This document shows positions 37,039-45,885 of a stretch of DNA of 64,000 nucleotides, piece by piece. Each line of letters opens with the position of its first letter. Position 1 is the first letter of the stretch. Under the pieces are notes generated by a model that made no database searches, was not told the DNA's origin, and was given only the letters and a program-made list of their open reading frames with translations. Source of the DNA: Clostridiales bacterium Firm_09 (GTDB lineage: Bacteria > Bacillota > Clostridia > Christensenellales > DTU072); contig LVAO01000012.1 in the NCBI GenBank assembly GCA_001604065.1, forward strand, positions 45,571 through 109,570, written 5' to 3'. The position numbers were made by a program, and so were the translations under genes.

Positions 37039-38063
37039 TGCGGTTCTCCCGGCAGCTGTTCTTTGGCGGGAAGGCGTCTTTGAATTTCGTCAATGATCCC
37101 CTTTTCTGCAAGATCTTTTGCCTGTAGGATCGCCGCAGCAATCGATTTTGCCTTAGAACTGCCATGAGCTTTGATAACGATTTTCGAGAGCCCCAGAAAT
37201 ACGGCTCCGCCTTTGTTGTTATAATCCATTGCATCCTTCACTTCCTTAAAAACGGGCTTCAGGAGGAGATAGCCAAGCTTCGCGCGCAGTCCTCCTTTCA
37301 TAATCCCTTCTTTGATTAAGAAAAACATGGACAATGCAGTGCCTTCGCAGGCTTTCAAGGCAATATTGCCCGAGAAGCCATCCGCAACAACCACATCATA
37401 GTTTCCGGACAGAATTTCTCTTGCTTCCATATTGCCCATAAAAACAACCGACGGTTCTTGTTTGAGAAGAGGAAACGCTTCTTTATTCAAATCATTGCCT
37501 TTTTTTTCTTCTGTTCCGTTGGAAAGGAGCCCGACTTTGGGTTCCCGGATACCCGTAATTGCTTTTGCATAAGCAGCCCCCATACAAGCGAACTGCTGGA
37601 GATACACAGGCTTGCATTCCGGGTTGGCTCCGCAGTCAATCAAAACAACATGGGTGCCTTTTACGGTGGGGAGAACCGGCGCAAGCGCGGGACGCAAAAT
37701 ACCGGGGATACGGCGCACAAGAAGCGCCGCCGCTGTCAGCACCGCTCCGGTGCTTCCGGCGGATACAAAAGCCGCCGCGTCCGTATCCTCTGACAGTCGC
37801 TTCAGGCCCGCGACAATCGAAGAGTTCTTCTTCTTCCGTACCGCTTCAGTCGGCTGGTCGTCATTGGAAATGATTTCGGGAGCATCCAGAATTTCGATAC
37901 GTGAAAAATCACAGCCGGCGGCCGTGCATTCTTTTTCTATTCTTTCTTTGCTGCCCGACAGAATAAGCGAAAAACCTTTTTCTTTGGCGAATGCCAACGC
38001 TGCGCCCTTGATCACCTCGGACGGCGAATAATCTCCTCCGTGTGCGTCAACGATGATTTTCAT
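37035..38063 (-). CDS. plsX: Phosphate acyltransferase PlsX
   Basis: The ORF track gives 37035..38081. ATG 38063 (MKIIVDAHGGDYSP) has GGAGAG upstream. It overlaps the rnc start by 4 nt. Confidence 0.93.
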   Translation of the reverse strand: MKIIVDAHGGDYSPSEVIKGAALAFAKEKGFSLILSGSKERIEKECTAAGCDFSRIEILDAPEIISNDDQPTEAVRKKKNSSIVAGLKRLSEDTDAAAFVSAGSTGAVLTAAALLVRRIPGILRPALAPVLPTVKGTHVVLIDCGANPECKPVYLQQFACMGAAYAKAITGIREPKVGLLSNGTEEKKGNDLNKEAFPLLKQEPSVVFMGNMEAREILSGNYDVVVADGFSGNIALKACEGTALSMFFLIKEGIMKGGLRAKLGYLLLKPVFKEVKDAMDYNNKGGAVFLGLSKIVIKAHGSSKAKSIAAAILQAKDLAEKGIIDEIQRRLPAKEQLPGEPQ

Positions 38064-38371
38064 AAACTCTCCTTTGCCCATATGATGGGAAATGCGTGGT
38101 TTTTTATTGGCCGATGATTACGTTTGCGGACTGCCGATTCTTGGTCCGGCATCTATGGAATACGGATAATGCTAAAAACTTGCATGGCTCAAAAAGCATC
38201 CGCTGCAGACAATTCTGTCCGATGAAAAGATATATAAAATCGCGGACAGGTTGTCTCATTTTGCGAAATCAAAGACACCTTGCCGCAAAAACCGGTCTGC
38301 CGATCCTCCCTTTCAATACGATTGCGGAACATTTTGCATGACGTCTTTTGCCCAATGAAACAATCTTTCCT

Positions 38372-38397
38372 CAAAAATAAGGGAGGCTGGGCCTCCC
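38372..38397 (-). terminator. Rho-independent terminator after rpmF
   Basis: On the minus strand: GGGAGGC-CCA-GCCTCCC followed by TTATTTTTG, starting 5 nt after the rpmF stop. Confidence 0.7.
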
Positions 38398-38401
38398 TCG
38401 T

Positions 38402-38593
38402 TTATTTTTCTTCTTTTACTTTTTTTGTGACAACCTGAACGCCTTTGTAGTATCCGCATTCCGGACATACGGTATGGCTTTCAATCAGTTCGTGGCATTG
38501 TGGGCATTCAATCAGATTGGGAGCGGTCAGCTTCCAGTTTGCGAACCTGCTATTGCCCTTTGCTTTCGAAATTCTCCGTTTTGGTACAGCCAT
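38402..38593 (-). CDS. rpmF: 50S ribosomal protein L32
   Basis: 63 aa starting MAVPKRRISKAKGN, with a CPQC...CPEC zinc ribbon. GGAGG RBS is present. Confidence 0.95.
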   Translation of the reverse strand: MAVPKRRISKAKGNSRFANWKLTAPNLIECPQCHELIESHTVCPECGYYKGVQVVTKKVKEEK

Positions 38594-38622
38594 GTTGCAC
38601 CTCCTTCATGATTAGCTAGATT

Positions 38623-38651
38623 ATTATACCTAAAAACCGGCCTTGTGTCAA
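38623..38651 (-). promoter_or_regulatory. Consensus sigma-A-type promoter for rpmF
   Basis: On the minus strand: TTGACA (38651-38646), exactly 17 nt, TATAAT (38628-38623), about 30 nt upstream of the ATG. Confidence 0.55.
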
Positions 38652-38694
38652 ACTTTTTTGCAAATGATTCTTGTTCCGCGCAAAAATAGTTCTT

Positions 38695-39891
38695 TCACGC
38701 CTTGGTTTGCGTCAGGTTTTTTGCATCTCTTGCTATGACAAGCTCTTCGTTGGTGGGGATGACAAGAACCTTGACCTTGGATGCGGGTTTCGAAAGCTCC
38801 GTAAGAACGCCTCTTTGCATGGTTTCGTTCAGCTCAAAATCAAAATCAACACCAAAGACCTCCAGCCCGGTCATAATCAGTTTTCTTGCATAGGAGGCAT
38901 TTTCACCGATGCCGCCTGTCAATACGATGCAATCCAGACCGCCCATTGCCGCGACATAGGCACCAATATACTTGCGGATGCGATAGGCGAACATATTGGC
39001 CGCAAGGTTGGCTCTGTAGTCGCCCGCCAGACAGCGCGCCGTCAGATCGCGGAAGTCGCTGACACCCGCAATCCCCAAAAAGCCGCATTCTTTATTAAGG
39101 TAGGTGGTGACGTCGCAGGAATGCATATTCTTTTGGATCGCAAGAAAGCTTATGACGGCAGGATCAATATCGCCGCTTCGCGTGCCCATCACAAGCCCTT
39201 CCAAAGGCGTCAGACCCATCGTTGTGTCGATGCACTTCCCATCGACTACGGCCGCCATAGAACTGCCGTTGCCAAGATGGCAAGTTATGATTTTGGAATG
39301 CTCTTTCTTCAAATATTTTACCGCGATCTCGGAAACATATTTATGGGAGGTTCCGTGAAAGCCGTATTTGCGTATCTTGAATTTTTCATAATCGCTGTAA
39401 TTGATGGCGTACATATAGGCATAATCCGGCATTGTCGAGTGAAACACGGTATCAAAGACCGCAACATTGGGGACACCGGGCATCAGCTTCATACAGCTTT
39501 CGATGCAGTCGATGTTTGCGGGCATATGCAAAGGACCGAGTACAGAATTCTTGCGGCAGATTCGTATCACTTCGTCCGTCACCACCACACTGGAACGAAA
39601 GTCTTCGGCGCTGTGCAGTACTCTGTGTCCGATGGCGCCGATTTCTGAAATGTTGTCCAAAATACCCTTTTCTTTATCCGTCAGGGCCTCCATAACCAGC
39701 ATAAAAGCCTCGGTATGGTTTTTCAGATTGCTGCAGATGTTGATTTCGCCCCGTTCACTCTTCTGATTCAGTTTGGAGCCGTTAAAACCGATACGTTCTA
39801 CGATGCCTTTGCCGAGCATCATCTCATTCTCCATATCGATAACCTGATATTTGAGAGAGGAGCTCCCGGCGTTGATAACCAAAACTTTCAT
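38695..39891 (-). CDS. ackA: Acetate kinase
   Basis: 398 aa: MKVLVINAGSSSLKYQ...GFHGTSH... Confidence 0.95.
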   Translation of the reverse strand: MKVLVINAGSSSLKYQVIDMENEMMLGKGIVERIGFNGSKLNQKSERGEINICSNLKNHTEAFMLVMEALTDKEKGILDNISEIGAIGHRVLHSAEDFRSSVVVTDEVIRICRKNSVLGPLHMPANIDCIESCMKLMPGVPNVAVFDTVFHSTMPDYAYMYAINYSDYEKFKIRKYGFHGTSHKYVSEIAVKYLKKEHSKIITCHLGNGSSMAAVVDGKCIDTTMGLTPLEGLVMGTRSGDIDPAVISFLAIQKNMHSCDVTTYLNKECGFLGIAGVSDFRDLTARCLAGDYRANLAANMFAYRIRKYIGAYVAAMGGLDCIVLTGGIGENASYARKLIMTGLEVFGVDFDFELNETMQRGVLTELSKPASKVKVLVIPTNEELVIARDAKNLTQTKA

Positions 39892-39912
39892 TGTATTTTC
39901 CTTTGTCGAAAT

Positions 39913-40914
39913 TTATTTGATGGCTTCCGCTTGCAAAGCAGTAATGGCGACGACACCGACGACATCGCTTGCGGAGCAGCCGCGGGATAAATCATTGACG
40001 GGTTTTGCCATGCCCTGGCAGATGGGTCCGATTGCTTCGGCGCCGCCCAAGCGCTGCGCCAGCTTGTAACCGATGTTTCCTGCCTGAAGGTCGGGAAAAA
40101 TGAGCACGTTCGCCTGACCGCCCACAGGGCTTCCGGGCGCCTTAAGCGCGCCTACTTTGGGGACGATGGCTGCGTCCAACTGCAGTTCGCCGTCAAAAAC
40201 AAAATCAGGCTTTCTTTCTTTAAGAATCGCAACGGCGGCGGTCACCTTGTCAACAAGCTCGTGCGAAGCGCTGCCCTTTGTAGAAAAAGACAGCAACGCG
40301 ACTTTGGGCGCCTTGATGCCCGCAATGTTTCTTGCACTGTCCACCGAAGCTTCGGCAATATCAGCAAGCTGTTCGCTGGTAGGATTGATGTTGACAGCAC
40401 AGTCGCCGAATATCATGACGCCGTTCTCTCCATATGCGCTTCCCTCGGGAAGGCACATCACAAAACAGCTTGACACCGTTTTTATGCCCTTGCGCGTCTT
40501 GATGATCTGAAGCGCGGGGCGCAACAGCTCGCTTGTGGGATAAATTGAACCTCCCACCATGCCATCGGCATCGCCTGCCTTCACCATCAGACAGCCAAAA
40601 TACATCGGGCTCGATGCAAGCTCAGCGGCCTTTTCCATAGTCATGCCCTTATCCTTACGCAGCTCATAAAGGAGCTGCACATACTCTTCTTTTTTGGGCG
40701 ACGTTGCCGGATCAATAATTGTGATGCCGGGTATTTCACCGCCGAGAAGCTTAAGCACAACATTTCTTCTGCCAAGGAGCGTCAGTCTTGCAATTCTGTC
40801 GGCCGCGATGATCTTTGCGGCTTCTATGATTCTCGGCTCTTCGCCTTCTGCCAGTATGATATGCTTATTGAGCGACTTTGCGGTATCCAAAATGCCGTTC
40901 ATCAGTTTCGACAT
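39913..40914 (-). CDS. pta: Phosphate acetyltransferase
   Basis: 333 aa of the PTA_PTB short form, with GDADGMVGG and SRGCS motifs. GGAGG RBS is present. Confidence 0.92.
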   Translation of the reverse strand: MSKLMNGILDTAKSLNKHIILAEGEEPRIIEAAKIIAADRIARLTLLGRRNVVLKLLGGEIPGITIIDPATSPKKEEYVQLLYELRKDKGMTMEKAAELASSPMYFGCLMVKAGDADGMVGGSIYPTSELLRPALQIIKTRKGIKTVSSCFVMCLPEGSAYGENGVMIFGDCAVNINPTSEQLADIAEASVDSARNIAGIKAPKVALLSFSTKGSASHELVDKVTAAVAILKERKPDFVFDGELQLDAAIVPKVGALKAPGSPVGGQANVLIFPDLQAGNIGYKLAQRLGGAEAIGPICQGMAKPVNDLSRGCSASDVVGVVAITALQAEAIK

Positions 40915-40967
40915 GGTTGAACCTCCTTAAAATCCTGCTTCCATTTTAGAAAGATTTAGTATATACT

Positions 40968-40995
40968 ATTATAGAATTATAATGTCCCGAATCAA
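40968..40995 (-). promoter_or_regulatory. Candidate pta-ackA promoter
   Basis: On the minus strand: TTGATT (40995-40990), 16 nt, TATAAT (40973-40968). Confidence 0.35.
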
Positions 40996-41061
40996 CCTTA
41001 TCTATATTACATCGTTTGAATCAAATAATCAAGCGGTTTATTGAATAAAAGAGGCACAACC

Positions 41062-42255
41062 ATGAAAATCACCGCCATCATCTGTGAATACAATCCTATG
41101 ACCAACGGCCATCTCCGGCATATGGAACTCGCCCGCACTCAGACAGGAGCAGACACCATATTATGCGTCATGAGCGGCTCCTTTGTGCAGCGCGGCGATG
41201 CGGCCATTTTAGACAAATACATTCGGGCAGAAATCGCCGTCAGGCTGGGAGCCGATATTGTCGTTGAGCTTCCCACCATTTATGCGATATCCCCTGCGGA
41301 CAATTTCGCATATGGCGCGATAAAAACCATTTCTGCCTTCCCCGATGTAGAATATCTGAGCTTCGGCAGTGAATGCGGGGATGCAGAACTCCTTCAGAAG
41401 ACTGCAGAGCTGCTTGTCAACGAGCCGGAAGAACTCAAAAATCTTATACAGGAAAAGCTTAAAGACGGCAGCTGTTTCCCAAAGGCGCGAGCCGCAGCCG
41501 TCAATGAATATGCAGAACGGAATCCGGAGTATGCCGCAATAAAAGGCGTGCTTGATACTCCCAACAACGTGCTTGGCGTTGCCTATATCCTCGCAATCCT
41601 GCGCGCAGGGCTCAATATCCGGATACACACAATCAAACGCGAGGGCGGCGAATACAACGACGAAGCCATCGATATCGATTCCCCCTCCTCTTCCGCTGTT
41701 CGCCGCGCGCTTGCCAAAGAAGACTATGCGAGCGCCGCAAAGGCCGTCCCGCCGCTTGTTTTTGATTATATAAAAAATCTGAAACCCAACGACAACAGTC
41801 TGGGCGATATGATTCTTTTCAAATTAAAATCCATCAACGGCTACGAGCTAGAAAATTATTATGATATCAGCGGCGGCATCCATAACCGCCTGAAGATTGC
41901 CGCGGCATCCGCCACCACCCTGCCGGAGCTTCTGGAAGCCGCAAAAACAAAAAAATTCACCATGGCGAGGCTCAAACGAATCTGTTTGTACATTCTGTTC
42001 GATATCACCAAAGAGGCCTACGAAGAATCTTTGAAATGCCCGGTCTTTGTACAGATTCTTGCCATCCGCAAAGAACGCAAAGACATCCTCTCCGCGCTGT
42101 CCGGCAACTGCCGCAACGTGCTTACCCGATACAGCGATGTCAACCGCGTCGACAAATCCCTGCGCTACCTTGTCAAGCTTGATTTTACCGCCCAGGGAAC
42201 ATTGGATATCATCAATCGTTCAAAATATTACAACAAAAAGATGCTGCTGATATAG
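41062..42255 (+). CDS. tmcAL: tRNA(Met) cytidine acetate ligase TmcAL (YlbM/UPF0348 nucleotidyltransferase)
   Basis: The ORF track starts at TTG 41041. ATG 41062 (MKITAIICEYNPMTNGHLRHME, an HxGH-like motif) follows AAAGAGG. Confidence 0.85.
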   Translation: MKITAIICEYNPMTNGHLRHMELARTQTGADTILCVMSGSFVQRGDAAILDKYIRAEIAVRLGADIVVELPTIYAISPADNFAYGAIKTISAFPDVEYLSFGSECGDAELLQKTAELLVNEPEELKNLIQEKLKDGSCFPKARAAAVNEYAERNPEYAAIKGVLDTPNNVLGVAYILAILRAGLNIRIHTIKREGGEYNDEAIDIDSPSSSAVRRALAKEDYASAAKAVPPLVFDYIKNLKPNDNSLGDMILFKLKSINGYELENYYDISGGIHNRLKIAAASATTLPELLEAAKTKKFTMARLKRICLYILFDITKEAYEESLKCPVFVQILAIRKERKDILSALSGNCRNVLTRYSDVNRVDKSLRYLVKLDFTAQGTLDIINRSKYYNKKMLLI

Positions 42256-42334
42256 CAGTTCTCAAATCCGGTTCCGGCAGGCGGCTGTCCCGATCAGATA
42301 CGCGTGGCGGCCTTCGAGTCCGAAACAACAAAAC

Positions 42335-42362
42335 TGCCGCTATTTTTGCGGCAATTTGTTTG
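42335..42362. terminator. Bidirectional terminator between the convergent tmcAL gene and the giant-protein cassette
   Basis: TGCCGC-TATTTTT-GCGGCA is flanked by AACAACAAAA upstream and ATTTGTTT downstream, so a U-tract is available on both strands. Confidence 0.45.
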
Positions 42363-42405
42363 GGCCCGGTCTGAATTCCTTTTGGTTGGAAATTCTGCCA
42401 TCGGA

Positions 42406-43308
42406 CTATTCTTCTTCGTTTTCGATCTGGTTGACGACCGTCACCTCGTCCACATAGAACTTCTTTTTGTTAAAAGTATGATATGCGACAAGATTCAGCG
42501 TGGCGGTCTGTATCAGAACAAACGGGATGGATAACGCCGGCAAAAGTCCGAACGTAAAAAGAAACGTCGTCATCACTACAGAAAAAAACAGGATATTTAC
42601 CACAAAAATGACGGGCATAACCTTCCAGAAATATTTGATTGAAAACCGGAAGGCCTCGCGGAAAGCGCACGCCACGCTTTTCTTTTCACAAATCATCTGC
42701 GGCACCCATTGCCCGAAAAGCGCCATTCTGGAAGAAAGCAATCCAAAGAATATCAGCATCGCAATCGCAATCGCAAACGGGCCAAGAGCGAAATACAAAA
42801 TCCGCATGAAATAAAAACAAAGTACCGTAATCATTGAATCCGCAATCAATGTCACCGTCGTATTGACAAGCGAATACAGAAGGGCCTTTCTTAAAGAAGA
42901 TACCAGCACATTCCTGAATTTCATAGAGAAGTTTTTACTCATTCGACCGTAGATCACTTCGCTCAGCGGAACATCTATCATCGAAAAGAAAAACTTTGCG
43001 AAAAAGACAACCAGAACCATCAGGAGTATGGCAATATCTATCTGTGAAGAAATATCGTTGACGACTGTATTGAGATCCTGTAAAAACTGTCCGAAAACAT
43101 CCATATTCTCGTGGTTGATGAAATCAGAAAGGATTTCTCTCAGCCGTCCCGAAAAATCGAGATTACTGTTCAAGGCATCCAAAATCGGATTGGCAATGGC
43201 AATCAGAAGTGCGGAACATATCAGCATCAGCACAAAACCGTAAATCAAAACTTTGAGCACCAGATCAAAATTTCTGCCGAGCATGGTGATGGAATATCTA
43301 GGTATCAT
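42406..43308 (-). CDS. Hypothetical polytopic membrane protein (300 aa), last gene of the cassette
   Basis: This is the in-frame internal ATG 43308 of track ORF 42406..44016, preceded by GGAGAAAAT. The protein starts MIPRYSITMLGRNFDLVLKVLIYGF and has about 6 hydrophobic segments. I recognise no motif. Confidence 0.7.
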   Translation of the reverse strand: MIPRYSITMLGRNFDLVLKVLIYGFVLMLICSALLIAIANPILDALNSNLDFSGRLREILSDFINHENMDVFGQFLQDLNTVVNDISSQIDIAILLMVLVVFFAKFFFSMIDVPLSEVIYGRMSKNFSMKFRNVLVSSLRKALLYSLVNTTVTLIADSMITVLCFYFMRILYFALGPFAIAIAMLIFFGLLSSRMALFGQWVPQMICEKKSVACAFREAFRFSIKYFWKVMPVIFVVNILFFSVVMTTFLFTFGLLPALSIPFVLIQTATLNLVAYHTFNKKKFYVDEVTVVNQIENEEE

Positions 43309-43319
43309 ATTTTCTCCTG

Positions 43320-44150
43320 TTATTTTCTGTTGCGGAAGAAGTATTCTCTGGGATAATCCTCCCGCGGAATATTTTCGATGTCGTAGTAAGAAACCATGGT
43401 CAGGGTCACCAGATACGGAAACATCATCGAATATGCGACGATGTCCCATATTTTTGATAAAAGGGATATCCGTATCAGAGCCAGCAGCCCGCCGCTGACG
43501 GCCAATACGGCAAGAGGAACCGCAAGCGCCGGCACGATGCGCCACAGAACACGCCCGCATTTCTGTACGCTCCCGGCAACAGCAGGCCTGAAACGCAATC
43601 CGTTGAACGACATCAGCGGCAATAACAGCAAGGTAAAAGAGCCAAACACACACATCCCGAACATAACGGCAAGGAGCGTAACTCCTGACAATACAGCAGA
43701 GAAAAGCACAGAACGTACCGTCTGCCACAATACCATAAGAAGCGTCACAAGCGTCTTGCCCACAAGAAAAAGGATCATATAAAGGGAAGCCGTAAAAATC
43801 CCTGCAAAAAAGGAATCGTTGAACTCCTCCGCAAGGCTGTTGATTTTGAATTTGCCCACACGCAACGACCGCGAAACAATGGAAGACAGCACGGATATGC
43901 AGAATACAGACAGAAAATACAAAACAGCCAGCCAGATCCAGAAAAAGAGTCCCCTGCCGCCATAATTCCATAAAAACCAGAAATCGGTATTCCCTACGGT
44001 ATAATGGCTCAGCCACTCTGTCAGCATCCCGGTAGGTGCTACAAAACTCAACGTTACCCCTGCGGGAACAGAAATCAGAAATAAGAGAATAGCTCGTTTG
44101 CCCCTTTCCAGCACGAACAAATACTCAAGCGTCTTCTTCAGGTAGGTCAT
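43320..44150 (-). CDS. Hypothetical polytopic membrane protein (276 aa)
   Basis: The protein starts MTYLKKTLEYLFVLERGKRAILLFLISVPAG and has about 6 hydrophobic segments. Its start forms an ATGA overlap with the upstream gene's stop. I recognise no motif. Confidence 0.7.
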   Translation of the reverse strand: MTYLKKTLEYLFVLERGKRAILLFLISVPAGVTLSFVAPTGMLTEWLSHYTVGNTDFWFLWNYGGRGLFFWIWLAVLYFLSVFCISVLSSIVSRSLRVGKFKINSLAEEFNDSFFAGIFTASLYMILFLVGKTLVTLLMVLWQTVRSVLFSAVLSGVTLLAVMFGMCVFGSFTLLLLPLMSFNGLRFRPAVAGSVQKCGRVLWRIVPALAVPLAVLAVSGGLLALIRISLLSKIWDIVAYSMMFPYLVTLTMVSYYDIENIPREDYPREYFFRNRK

Positions 44151-45850
44151 TCGATATCTTTCCCCCTGTATTTTTTTAGAGTGTCATCTTCCAGAAGATC
44201 TTCTTTTGTTTCATCGTCTCCGGCCGAGGCATCTTTTCTGACGGCGGAACGGCCTCCGATTTTAATGACACCTTTCTTAACCAAAAGAAACATCACAACA
44301 ACAAGCAGAACCAATCCTCCGGCTCCGGCGGACAGTCCGATCAGCAATCCTTTATTTGCCCTTTGATTTGCGTATTTTATAACAAAGAAAAATTCTTCGC
44401 TGTGCACATCGGAAGTAAATTGCACGATATTGCCGTCCCGGAGTATATCCTTGACTGCAAACGTTTTTGCGTTGTCAGTCGTGCTCACCAAGACAATTTG
44501 GGCATCTGCAGGAAATTCAACCTGGTAAATCATAGCGATGCGCGGGAGACACAGGATATCGTTTTTCATGAGGGTTGCCGTAATGTCAATCACTTTATCG
44601 GGTTCTTTTATCCCGGCAATCTCCAGCACCTCCGGATAAGCGAATCTTTTGATATCCTCTCCGTTGTAGGAAGTGATGATGCCTCCCAGCTCCAATTTGT
44701 CGCCGGGCAGCAAAGACGTTACATTGTCCAGATTAATTACTCTGAGGGAACCGTCCAGAAGCTCTGTATTGACAAAATCCGGTTGCGGAACAACGATTTT
44801 CGCCTCGCCGAACGCCGTTCTGGCAGCCTGCAGCGCCATGTATGCTTTGCGGATATTCTCCTGCGTATCATTGATCTGACATGCCGCGATAAAGCTGTTC
44901 AAAGTGTTTTTAAGATTATTATAGATATCCACATTGATTTTGCCTTCCCATTCCTGAAGCAAGGTTTGCGTTTCGGAAACCAGATCATTTTTATTGTATG
45001 CCGTATAACCGTTCCCGAAATCAAGATATACAATAAACTGCGGCTGTTCGGTATACTTGAACAGCGGCACATAAGTATTGTTGCCCAGCCAGTCTTCCAC
45101 AAACAGAATATACCAGCCGTTCTGATTTGCGGTAAACTGCACCGATTCCGTTATGGCGACAGATGTGGTAATGTTATTTTTCTTCACCACTTCGGTAAAT
45201 GCGCTTTTGAGCGATTCTATCACGTTTTCCGTTGTATCGTTCAAATCGATTTCCACAAACGGATTATAATGGAAGACGGTTATCTGCCTGATGCCGCTTC
45301 TTGCCGTAAGCTGCACATCGCTGTAATTATCCGTTATGGTCACCTCATATTTTAGTCCCGTACCGATCAGATTCTCTTTTAATACAAGATTGGCTATCTT
45401 CGGCGGTTTGTTGTCAATTTTTGTGACCTTCAGTTCCAGTTCGTCCGTATACTCATTTTCTGTGTCGCCCTTATTCAGCACCGCATAAAAAATGACATCG
45501 CAATTTTGGGAAAAAGAGACCGTTGCGTATTTATATTGCAGGATTTCCCCTTCGTAATGATTCTGCAAACTTGCCGTTATGTCTATGGCAGCAGGAGAAT
45601 CGATGAAGTTATCGACGGTATATCTCAGTTCGTCCGTTTCGGGGTCGCACTTCACAAGGTAGCGCATCGCGCCATTTGAGTAGCCCTCTTTGCCGGAATA
45701 TACATTGTAACCCGTATTGATGAGCGATGCTTCCAGCCGTTGTGTGACGACAGAGGAATCATCGGCGAACGCAGAAGCTCCCGCTGCCCACAACGCAGAC
45801 AGCAGGACGACAGCGCAAAGAAGAATAATTATACCTGACGTACGTTTCAT
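44147..45850 (-). CDS. Hypothetical secreted single-pass (type I) membrane protein, 567 aa
   Basis: The ORF track gives 44147..45880. ATG 45850 (MKRTSGIIILLCAVVLLSALWAAGASAFA) follows AAGGAG. The ectodomain is beta-rich (IDNKPPKI Ig-like cue). The C-terminal TM is GLLIGLSAGAGGLVLLVVVMFLLV, followed by a charged tail. There is no LPXTG. Confidence 0.75.
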   Translation of the reverse strand: MKRTSGIIILLCAVVLLSALWAAGASAFADDSSVVTQRLEASLINTGYNVYSGKEGYSNGAMRYLVKCDPETDELRYTVDNFIDSPAAIDITASLQNHYEGEILQYKYATVSFSQNCDVIFYAVLNKGDTENEYTDELELKVTKIDNKPPKIANLVLKENLIGTGLKYEVTITDNYSDVQLTARSGIRQITVFHYNPFVEIDLNDTTENVIESLKSAFTEVVKKNNITTSVAITESVQFTANQNGWYILFVEDWLGNNTYVPLFKYTEQPQFIVYLDFGNGYTAYNKNDLVSETQTLLQEWEGKINVDIYNNLKNTLNSFIAACQINDTQENIRKAYMALQAARTAFGEAKIVVPQPDFVNTELLDGSLRVINLDNVTSLLPGDKLELGGIITSYNGEDIKRFAYPEVLEIAGIKEPDKVIDITATLMKNDILCLPRIAMIYQVEFPADAQIVLVSTTDNAKTFAVKDILRDGNIVQFTSDVHSEEFFFVIKYANQRANKGLLIGLSAGAGGLVLLVVVMFLLVKKGVIKIGGRSAVRKDASAGDDETKEDLLEDDTLKKYRGKDIE

Positions 45851-45885
45851 AGAACTCCTTCCCCTCTCGTCTCTCCGCAACAGAG

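Noticed and set aside
38189-38374. 61-aa ORF in the plsX leader.
   Set aside because: It has no RBS and would start inside the rpmF terminator. The sequence is not protein-like.
42406-44016. 536-aa ORF as listed in the track.
   Set aside because: Its first ~236 codons are an out-of-frame overlap of the 276-aa gene (43320-44150) and read as non-protein-like sequence. An internal ATG at 43308 with a GGAG RBS, 11 nt after the upstream stop, gives a clean 300-aa membrane protein.
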